A DNA stretch of 64,000 bases from Cetorhinus maximus. Its lineage: Eukaryota. Below, one piece after another: positions 27,457 to 38,010 of this stretch; the first letter of the stretch is position 1; each line of letters begins with the position of its first letter. Made by a program: the position numbers and the translations under genes. The stretch is from NCBI RefSeq assembly GCF_964194155.1, contig NC_135881.1, positions 133,300,001-133,364,000 of the forward strand. The letters are read 5' to 3'. The notes under the pieces were generated by a model, which was not told the origin of the DNA, made no database searches, and worked only from the letters and a program-made list of their open reading frames with translations.

Positions 27457-27886
27457 CTGTGAAGAGGAAACACACCTTATTATCCAAGGCATTTAGCACT
27501 CGCCACCGAATAAAAACTGGAAAAACGGGAACTGACGCCGGAGTCAAGTTGAAGATTGCGCCTTGGGGATGTTATACCGACTGTGATTTTTTTTTTGCAA
27601 TACATTTTTTACAGCAGAAAACATCATTTTGAAAGCGCGTGAGAAATTGAGGGGTAATTCTGAAAAATCGTGCAAAATAATATTTAGGCAGTGCACTAAA
27701 CATGAAAGTTTATGATAACATATTAGTACCGGTATTGGGGAATTACGCATATAATTTCTTAATTATAATCTCTGCTACACATTACCCCAGTTACCCGTAT
27801 GTATTTACACACCAGAATGCTTTGTTCCCTTCATTGTGCTAGTTCCTCGTGATAATTGAAAGACTCCTGTGTTTATCTATACTTAC

Positions 27887-28535
27887 CTGGCAGGCTTGAT
27901 TTCCAGAGGTGAGTAGCTTGGGGTTGTTCTTTCGAACAGCAGACTTGCCCGTTCCACCCATTGGTAATTGCCCAGGGCTGATAGCTCTCCATGGGTAATA
28001 ATGTCTCATGTCTCGGTTCCCCCGGAGCGCTGATGGTGGGAACCACAGGTACGTCCAAATAGCTGGGCATCGGTTGGTATGGCCCTGCGTAACCTTGGTA
28101 GAAAGCGAACTCCTTAGCTCTGGAGGTGAATTCCTCGCCGGCGGACGTGTCCATATATTTGTCGGCAGGATAGCCGGACAAGGTGGAGGGCTGAGCACAG
28201 GACTTGATGCTGCTATGGTGGCTCATTCGGCAGGGATAGTAACTGCTCCCAAAGTATCCATAAGGAAGGGCAGCACTGGACGAAGTTTGAGCAGCAGGAC
28301 AAGGACTACACTGTTTGACAGGTTCAGCAATGCCAGAGGCTGGCACTTCACTCGACGAGTAGGCAGAGCTGGGGGCTAGGGATGCTGGATGAGCCATCAA
28401 ATTCCTGCATTGATTCGCTGTGAAGTTCCCTCCTGAAAATCCATCCATGTTTTTATTAATTTCATCCAAGCTATTGTCGTAGACGAACATCACCGTGTCG
28501 ATCCAGCGGGGATGAAGTATCACGGACGCTGTCAT
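27887..28535 (-). CDS. HOXA13: Homeobox protein Hox-A13, exon 1
   Basis: [21 protein letters not shown]...[10 protein letters not shown]...VKQCSPC...[15 protein letters not shown]...[16 protein letters not shown]...HLWKSSLP. Donor CCAG|GTAAGT at 27887; 649 nt, phase 1; spliced protein 297 aa. Confidence 0.97.
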
Positions 28536-28539
28536 ATCA

Positions 28540-28700
28540 CGTCCACCATTGAGACTAGTGGCCGTTTTAAAAGCCCCTAAGACTGAAAAGAGATACTGAA
28601 TCTCTCAGACTTAGCAGCATTGACGCGCCAGTGTCGCTGGAACTTGCCTCCTCATTGGCTGCGAGATGACCACATGATATGCAAAGTAGATGATAAATAC
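28540..28700 (-). promoter_or_regulatory. HoxA13 proximal promoter
   Basis: CCAAT on the minus strand (attgg, ~28654), E-box CACATG and an octamer-like ATGCAAA near 28670-28686. Confidence 0.4.
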
Positions 28701-31700
28701 ATGAAGAATAAAAAGGTAGATACTCCATTAGTTTAATAAAGCAACGTTTGGGTATTTACGTGAATGAGTGACTGGAATAAAATACATTTCCTAAAATAAC
28801 AAAATGCTAACGGTGCACAAAATAAACCAGTTCTTTGTGGGCGTCAGATTGGTGGCGGTAAATGAAAACGCGTGGCCAGGCTCGAAAAGGCATTATTTTG
28901 CATGTATACAAAACAAGACAAAGCAAAATCTGCTGGCGTTTGAATGTATCAAAATGAATAACTCACATAATTGTGAGGCTATACCACATCAAATACTTGA
29001 AATGCTGGTGGCTATATATTTGTGTATTTGATCATTGTGCCCGCGTTTGAGGTTACTTCTGCATAGATGTTTATACAATTCATCCTTTTTATAATCTATA
29101 TCTCTGATCAATGAAAATGCACTTTCTTCTGAAAAAGATTGCCGTTTAAGCAAAACTTGACATTAGGATGGGCTAAAACGACACCTTTCCGGCTTTTTTG
29201 CATTTCGCTTCATGAATAAAATCTCAAGGTGCTTTAAACCAATAAGAAAATAACATTTAAAGAAATAGGTAGCAGCAGAATTTTATAGTGAGAAGGAAAC
29301 ATCTGCATGACCTTTGTATTGCTTCTTGACATAACTCGTTAAAGCAAATAGCAATAATGCCGAAGAACAGCCCGAAATTATTCCAGAGCCTAGATTTCTT
29401 AATCCGTAATAAACATTTGAAAGAATACATCTTTTCGCTCTGCGTATAATATTTGTCATTAAACTAAACACCAGAACAAAGTTTATCAAAGCAAATCACT
29501 CTACATTTCCGAATCCATCTTATATAGCAATGAAATTAGTTTGAATTTCCATTCGCACTGACCAATCAATATGTTTACTTACAATTATAACAGCAACATT
29601 TTTCGCCAGCCACAAGTATAGGAATATTCAGATCTAAGGACATTTATAAGACAGATAAGGGTATCCACTAATTCCTTGTTTGCCGTTTGCCAGCCGCGAT
29701 ACAAAAGTATTTAAATAAATGTCAGCCTTCTTACTTCCCCCGCTAATGCAGCCGCTTCGGGTTAACTTGCTTGCTACAAAATGTGTATTCATTCACCAGG
29801 ACCATAATTCACACAACTGGATTTCACATTGAAATATCAGTGCACGTGTTTTATGAGTACCTGGCACAATTAAATTCATGGAAAAGGGATAAAATGTGAA
29901 TTATTTAACAATATCTAGCACATGGTTAAGTGGGCTAAAATCCATAAATATGATTTGTTTTATAATATGTAGCACATTGTTAAAGGTGTTATTTGATAGA
30001 TAAATATCAACCATGTTCTAAATGTAGTTGAAATTAATTTGCTGCGATTTGGCGAAAAGCGAGGTTATAAACCCCCTTGCTACAGCCATCTATTACATGG
30101 TGAGGAAGGGTAGCTGGTGAAAATGCATTAAAAAAAAGCAGAGATGTAGCCGGTATTATTCGGGTGGCATGGGTCGTCACAAAAGGTGATTTTTAATGCA
30201 ATTTCAGTCAGATAATTGTATATCAGGTAGTGTAATGAGTGGAATGAAAACCATCTCGGATCAGGCGAACTCGTCAAGCTTGTTTCACTAAAGTTGTTTG
30301 TCCTTTTTCTTCTGCAACATGATCCAATGCCTGTAGTGATGCAGCTGTTTAGAGCAATCATTTTACAATTAAAATGCCGATTTTCTTATTCTTTGCAATT
30401 CCCCTCTCTCCCTCTCTCTTTAACTCTGTTTCATGTTTATCTCTTACTTTCTCTTCCCTTCTCTTCTTGCACCTTTTCCATATTTCTTACAGGATTCTAA
30501 TACTGGGATCATACAATCGCTCGAGAAACAGCTGCCCGGCGTTCCTTTAAACTTATTTTAGATATTGGAAGTGATACGAACCTTGATGAATTAGGAGCAC
30601 TGGCTCTATGCTGCTCCCGACCAGCGTTATTGAAGCCGGGACGCTGAATTCCAATTATGTGGAATATAAACATCCTCCGCCGACTAACGTGCCATGAAAT
30701 AGCGAGATTAAAAACGTCTCTCCACCGCATCTAGAGATTCTCTACATTATCCCCCCTTTCGGAAATCCACCGAAAGTGTCCACCGTTCTCTGGATTATAA
30801 TTCTGTTAAGATATCGAGGTATTGTCACAACATTAAACGCTGCAGCGAAATCATGACAAGCCAGAACAGGGATGTTGTTACTTTTATTTTCTCAGTGTAC
30901 CTTTAATGGTTACTCTTTCATTTCCATGACCGATGAGTATCCTTGCAGTTTATACTTGAGTGATAATTATGTGATAACATCATTTGTGTTCGAGTGTATC
31001 TGTCACTGAATGACAATGCTTCGCCTTCCTCACATGATTATGAGCTGGTGGAATTCCTGAGTGTGAATCTAATATAGTTGGTGCAGCATGATTTTCCCCT
31101 TGTAATATAAACATATAGTTTTATTAGAACTTGTTCTGGCGATTCAATATGTTGAAGGCGAACATTTTTTTCACGTATTTCTTCCTTGTTAATCGTTAAA
31201 ACCGCATCCGCAATGTTAATCTCAGAATCTATACCGAAGAGGTTATTCAAAAATTCTACGTTTTCTTCCCCAATGACCTGTCTAGAAACGAAAAAAATGA
31301 CCACCGGCTGTGTCGTTTTGGACTGCGTTTTAACTTGAAATACATTTGAACCTCAGCCTGACTCGGCATCGTATTTAATTCCCCATTCTTGAATTAAGAA
31401 AACATTGCCCCTCCCCCAACAAAGTACATATTAAATTGAAACAAACATTCGGCTGCATACTTAAGTAATAGGTAGAACCTCTAGTGTCTTCCACTTCCAA
31501 AAAGTCTTGTGCTATTGTATGTGTGCTTTACAAATGCAAACTGTTACATATTTAAGCGGCCACATTGCGGATTATACTACAAAATGGCAGCAACCAAATG
31601 GGCAGCTCTTTTACATACGGGTTAGACACGGCTAAAGGCCAAGGTCAAGTTGAAAGTTGCAGTCTAGCCAATGTGAGTGCTGTCATTCACGCGTTGACGA

Positions 31701-32499
31701 CCCTGTCTGAATTCTTATAAAGGCAAGCCGTGAGAATTGACTTTTTCATTGCCGTTTTGTTTGTTTTCTTTTGTTTTCCACTCACAGCCCTCCAAATGAA
31801 AAAAAAAGGTTCCACTGACCATACCGTCTTCATTTCCAGGCTGTTTCTGCATGGCTGGCAAAAGGATGTGAAATGGATGCAGTCGTTTTAAGATACATTG
31901 CAAATTATATAGCATTGCATCCGGTTTAAATGCACTGTTTACAAAACCTCTTGTTTTGAGCTATTTGCACTGGAGGCCCGTCACTATTATTGGAAAAGGT
32001 AGGGGTATTCTGTAGAAGATCATGTTACGCTAAAGTACTGAGGGTCGTGATGTGCTGTAAAGTGTTATCTCCAAGAATTGGCTACAAACTATCTACAGAT
32101 CAGGACATCACCAGTAAGAACTATTTGTCCAGAGAGGTACTGTATGCTGCTATTCCGGATATGCTCATGCACTGTAGGACGATAATAGAAATAAATCTTC
32201 TTTATCTAATTATTGTCTGCTATTTCGTTCAATAAGATCCTTATATATGCTTTAACTGAATCACAGAAAATCCATGCTAAAGCACTCGACGTCCTAATCT
32301 GTTCAGTGTTTTCAGTCTAGTTGTGCTTGTTTTGTCAGGCTAGAATTGCGGATAAATATCGCATAGGTGCGCTGTATGTGTGTCTCGAATCAGGACGGTG
32401 GCTGGGGTAAAACGGCAAGCACGCTGAGTGGGACATATACACATTGGTTCATAATTTGATGCGGCCTAAAGCATGTCCAAGAGTTATTCTTCAGTAAGA

Positions 32500-32587
32500 A
32501 TTCGTATTTTGATTCGGCGTTTTTTTTTTGTATCAACATAGAGTACAGGCATTTGGGATCACCGAGACCTTGATTTGCCATTTTCAC
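32500..32587 (-). pseudogene. Possible degraded exon 3 of the HoxA14 pseudogene
   Basis: cttacattAG|GTG AAA ATG GCA AAT CAA GG resembles VKIWFQNQR with small deletions. Correct strand, phase 0 and order, but the match is short. Confidence 0.3.
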
Positions 32588-34989
32588 CTAATGTAAGTAT
32601 TTACGAGACCCAAGAAGCTTGTGTATTTAAATCCCCCAAATTCTTTATTATGAATAAAGATTTCCATATTATTCCAGTAAAATGTCTCCGAATATGTATT
32701 CAATCGTGATTCATTGGAGCAATAGAATTTTTTTAATTGTTCAACATAAATTTGTCATTAAATAATATAAAAATAATATATTAACCATATTACTGTTAAA
32801 ACCTGAACCCTTCCTACATTAAGCTTTCGTCCAAGGGCACCATAGAATGAAATATCCTCTGTTTCTTTTACTGTGGGCGTTACATAATAGGTTTAGACTA
32901 TAGCGTGGATTCCATTTATCATACCAAAGAACTAAACTGCCTTACGTGTATTTGTTATTGTTACATCAGAACATTTCTAGAACTCTTTGTGGCAATGTTT
33001 TCTGTTTTATGTTGCATTTGTTTTCAGATTTGATAATTAGTTTTGCATGATTTCCAGCTAAATATACCTGAAGATGAAATAACATGCACACACAGGTGCT
33101 CTGGGAAATGTATTTAAATATATCATTTTATCATGCATTTTATATTTTCGTTATTTGTTCCCTTCATTTGCCAGTTAACAGTTACAGATAATATGTAATA
33201 ATTTAACGACTAATTTAAATAAATAATTTAATGGGTGTCGTTTTGATTTCTTATTTTCTACCACATGGGCCATATGGTAAATCCCACCACTTATACTCCA
33301 ATATCAGCTGTCCTCCACCCACTGCTGCTACCAGTGTCTCAAACTTTAGATTCTACAGGTTAAACTGTAAAGCAACATCTTAAATAAAACCAACAAAGAA
33401 GCTATTTATCCTTGTGTTGCTCTACTGCAGATGTATTTCTTAGGTTAGAATTATTTCTATGGCCAAATTAATCGCAATAAAGTATCGTGTTATTGCAATG
33501 ATCATTTTCCTCAAACAATTAAATTGCAACATGCTTACCATGAGTTTTGCTAGTTGTATTTGAAATAATTATACCGTTATTAGATTAACACGGGCACCTC
33601 CACAAGCTAACATACCCTGCCAAGCATTCCATATTACTTCCCTGAAATATTTCGAAATTCTATCCGGAAGCCCGACTGAGAGCTATCAAAATGATCAATC
33701 AGCCTCGCTTTGCATGAGCTGCTAAATCTACAATATCATAAAATACATATCTACAAATATATTTACACTACAGCTCGGATATGGTTTTCTTTTATCTCTT
33801 AATTCTGGCACAGTTCGAATACATTCAGTCATCATTCTGAACGCTGCCTCCTGCCCCGTACCATTGAGCAACTGCGTAAGACAGACTCTGTAGGTGTATC
33901 ATTTATCCTTGGAGAACAACTTGTTACTTATAAGAATTGGGTTTGGCATAGCTGGCCATACCAATATTCCTAACGTATTTATATCACTTCAATTATCAAA
34001 CCGTTTCAGAACACAGCGATATTACAAATGTTTCGCATATTTATTGTGCTGGCTTCTTTGGTCAATGGCACACATTCACAGACAATATATTAAAAAGTGA
34101 ACAAACTTCGATTTTCATATTTCCTGATGTCAGTCCATCATTCGAATAAAATGCTGTATATTCTTACCAACAAATATATGTAAAGAACAAGATAGGCACT
34201 TGAATTATAGTAAGTGACAGCATTGAATTGTTGGTACGCATCTGACTAGGTTCTTCATATTGGTTTGAGCAGTTTACGCTTTCCATTCTATCACCTTTAT
34301 TATGCACAGTAGGTGTGTATACTCATTATGCTATTATTGCAAAGTAAAATTGTATGCCAGTTAAAAAAGTCAAGTGCATTGCAACAATTGTTCATGGAAC
34401 TGTTGCAATATACTTATCACCAACAGTCTAAAAAGATTATCAGATCATTAGCGAGACCTTTGTAAAAGATTGGAAAAATCAATCACTTTTTATCGAAACT
34501 ATTCTAACATATTCAAACAAACGTCAACTGAAACTATAGTTCAGACTATAAGAAAACTTGAATTATACAAGATGAACTTAGAGTCTTGCTAATTGACGAC
34601 TGAATTCAAAATTCGCCTCTCATTTAAAATGTTTAGAACCAATCGATATCATTACAGATAACATTGTTTTGCTTCAAAAAATATTACGTAGTTCTGGCTT
34701 CAAACCGAATTACATGGTCACTTCCGCGTTTTTGGCACCATTTGCAAACATTTACCAAAGGTATTTACATATAAAGATTTGTAATTGTAAAGGTCGGGTC
34801 TTAGCGCTGCATCCCACAACTAAATCATTAATTTCAGTTTGCTGGCGACGGATGAGCCTTTATTGTTCTTGATACTGATCTTGTAGCCAGATCTTTTGCC
34901 CATCAAGAGAAAATGTTACCGGCGTGGACGCCCGTTACATAACTGAGCCCGCCTGGAACATTTTTGACTTTGAACCTCCTAGCCCTTAC

Positions 34990-35179
34990 CTGTTGTTCTG
35001 CTAGCCCCAGTTTTGCAACAGTTATTTTTGCTGCTGTATTTCAAGAGTCAGTAAGCAGGTTTCCTCGAAAGCTCTCGAAAGAGTTGTGCAGTCTGGGGTT
35101 TGCTATGATGGATTCTTTTCTTCCCCTGTGTGTACTGAGCTGTGTGGGTGGGCAGACCAGGGTGAATGAGCTCTCGGGG
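34990..35179 (-). pseudogene. HOXA14: HoxA14 pseudogene, exon 2 (first 44 codons of a split homeobox, two frameshifts)
   Basis: Acceptor tttacAG at 35181-35180. Reads PRELIHPGLPTHTAQYTQGKKRIHHSKPQTAQL / SRAFEETCLLTLEIQQ / KITVAKLGLAEQQ then GTAAGG. This resembles the Hox14 homeodomain as recalled (RKKRxPYSKQQIxELExAFEENRFLTPEIRLNISxKLGLTERQ), with the diagnostic intron after Q44. Same strand as, and upstream of, HoxA13. Confidence 0.85.
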
Positions 35180-36045
35180 CTGTAAACTAATAATATCGCA
35201 TTATTCGATTCAACTATTTTCATTATTATGTTTATTATTTATTATAAACGGCCGTACAATATACGAAGAAAACGTTCATTGTTTTAACTGAATATATATA
35301 TATATATCCATAGTGATGTTCCTATAGTATAAAAGCCTCTAGGCGTTATGTATGCACAATGAATGCAAATAAAATTTTCCAGTACACATATGAATGCGCA
35401 GATGTCAGCTTTGTGGTAACTTGAATTTACGATCTCAAACCACGAACATTCCGTAAACAACTGCCACCTAAAACCCTATATATGGTTTTAAATTCATGCG
35501 AGACAAGTGTCTCTTCAACCCTATTGCAATAAGCGTACGCAAATAGATACAATCAAATTATACGAATTATATATGCGTTCCCTTCTAAGCGACGGACACC
35601 AACGTTCATGGTTTGTGTATAAAGTATCATTAGACATGAAGATATGTGAATCAATACCAACCAGAAAACAAGAAAAACGATATTGTTGCTCTGCGATATA
35701 ACTGGTGCCCACACTATATGAAAACAACCTTTCTCACATTTAATAAGTAAAATGTCAAAACTAAACACCAAGGTTAGTTTACTGTGACACATTATACATG
35801 TTAGTAATTGCGGGACGGTGAATTTAATTTCACAGTCTTTAACAAGAGATATCATTTATTTGTTTTCCTTTAACGACGCAACGTTTGCATTGGCATTATT
35901 ATTATTTTCTGCTACATTTTGTAACTCTGTTACATATCCCTGCTATGTGCCAAATAATAAGTAATATGTTTAATATTAGATGACTATATACTTAACAAAG
36001 ATTGCTTTCTGTGGGTCTTGTTTACACAGTATGATGACAAGCTGG

Positions 36046-36261
36046 ATGTGAGAACTCCAATTCAAGGTGTCTTGATGCTATTTATTGTTTAGTGTTTTGA
36101 ATTTTCAACCATAATATTTGATTCCTTGTAGTTGCTATATATATATAAATATATATATAAACCTATATATAGCAACTACAAGGAATCAAATATTATGGAT
36201 GAAAATTCAAAACACTAAACAATAAATAGCATCAAGACACCTTGAATTGGAGTTCTTACAT
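36046..36261. repeat. Near-perfect 98-bp inverted repeat with a 20-nt TA-rich loop
   Basis: Arm 36046-36143 is the reverse complement of 36164-36261 with two mismatches. Confidence 0.95.
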
Positions 36262-37429
36262 ATATATATATGCGAAAACAATTAACTAAAAGGTATTATG
36301 ATAAATACAGGTGCACAGGTTTCCTCAACATTTTTCTATTTTGTATCGTTGAATGTACTTAAATTAAACTATACATTCCACCTTAATAAATCATTAATCC
36401 TTGGGGCAAGAACATATTGTGTATGTTCAATGAATGGGCGCTCATATTACTTAAGGTGCACTTCAACACTCAACTGCAAAATATATTTATACTCGAATAT
36501 TAATCCTTTCAAATCAATTCATCGGGTGCTTAAGAACAATTTACATTATGACACGGGATATTTAAACAAACTATCTTCTCAGCGACTGGTTTCGGTTTTC
36601 TGTATAAACATATCGAAACAAACATCTGCACATTTTCGTTCACAACTGCCTCTGAAAGTCTTCAATGACTTTTATACGTTTTAGTGATAGAGGTAGCATA
36701 AAAGATGATCGCTTTATTTTCTCTTTTTCAAACCTGTAGGTAAAATGTTGCCCGCACAGTAACAAACATCTCGTCACCCACCCAGTGAACTGTTTAAAAA
36801 TTATGTCATACATTAAGTCGTAAAATGATAATCTGTTAATATTGTTTTGGGCACTTGAGTGGGGGATAGTATCAACATAAAGTTTTACTATCGCTTTTAG
36901 ACTGAAACGTTTCTTTTTGTCAATTTATGATGTCTAAATGCAACACTCTGTCAACATTATACCACACACGATCTTAATCGTGAGCTGGGCTCTCGGTTGC
37001 TTCACGGAGGTAGATTGAAACTGCAATATTCAGCAGATATTTGAAATGAAGTGCTCCACGCCGAAAATTAACTTAATATATCCGCGAGATAACTTGCATC
37101 AGGCAATGCAGGACATAAAAATAATCAATGTATATGCAAAGGAGAAATAAGGCGGTGAGAAGGCGCAAAATTATTGTATCGTTTTTCTTCTGGTCACTTC
37201 ATGGATGTGGAATTATTTTCGGAATCATTTAGTAATAATAAACTGGCCTGTATATATTTCTGCAAAATTTCACATCAGCTGTTTTATTTTGTCATTTTAG
37301 TTCATTATCTCTTTATCGAGTCTTTCTAAGTCAATCTTAGCATAATAATGTTATGACTGCAACTGTTATAAATTGATCAGAAATTAACCCCAGTCATAGT
37401 AACTCGTTCTGTTAGCAACCCCCCAACAG

Positions 37430-38010
37430 ACCTAAGGAACGAGGGTTATTAATTACTCCTTCTCTCCAAGTGAAGAGTGAGTAATGGTAACGGGTTATCC
37501 TCAGGTCTGGTTCATTAGTATCAGTCTTAGTTTGACCAGTGAGATTAGAGGGCCGTGGGAACCTATAGCTTCCTGATAAGCACGGATGACCCCTGCATGT
37601 TCAGCCCAGGCTCGGGTCGGGAAAAGAGCTTTCGGAAATAACTGCAACTCACAACCACTTAGATACTGCGAGTAGCAGGGACTCCACTGTAGAAAACTGA
37701 TCATAACCGAAGGGAATCCGTGCTAAACTTGAAACGCACATGGGAAAGGATAATATCCAGCACTCTGTGCAGAAGGAGCAAAAGTAATGTGCCTATAGTT
37801 CACATTACCAAGCGAGATCATTTCTATATTTACCCTTGTAATGGCACAGCTTTCCCACTAGATGTCTGCAGAGTTGCTTGAAGCTGTTCAAGAATCTTTC
37901 CTGAATTTTAAGTTTTGTCTCCAAAGTTTGCAGTCACTATACTTGGTATACTGCGTTTGGATGTGTCTAGGTAAACAGCCTCTATGTACAGAACGCCATC
38001 TTTTACCATG
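37430..38010 (-). pseudogene. Possible degraded exon 1 of the HoxA14 pseudogene
   Basis: GC-richer block upstream of exon 2 with broken frames encoding SAGYYPFPC, RIPFGYDQF and SPCYSQYLS, similar in style to posterior Hox N-termini (HoxA13 [13 protein letters not shown]). Boundaries approximate. Confidence 0.35.

Noticed and set aside
860-28379. Antisense and alternate-frame ORFs over Hox exons (e.g. 860-1177, 14176-14550, 28008-28379)
   Set aside because: Shadows of GC-rich coding exons with no independent protein signature.
33770-33800. Minus-strand AGA GAT AAA AGA AAA CCA TAT (RDKRKPY), resembling a homeodomain N-terminal arm
   Set aside because: Similarity stops after about 7 codons, there is no helix 2/3 or splice context, and a far better Hox14 exon exists at 34990-35179.
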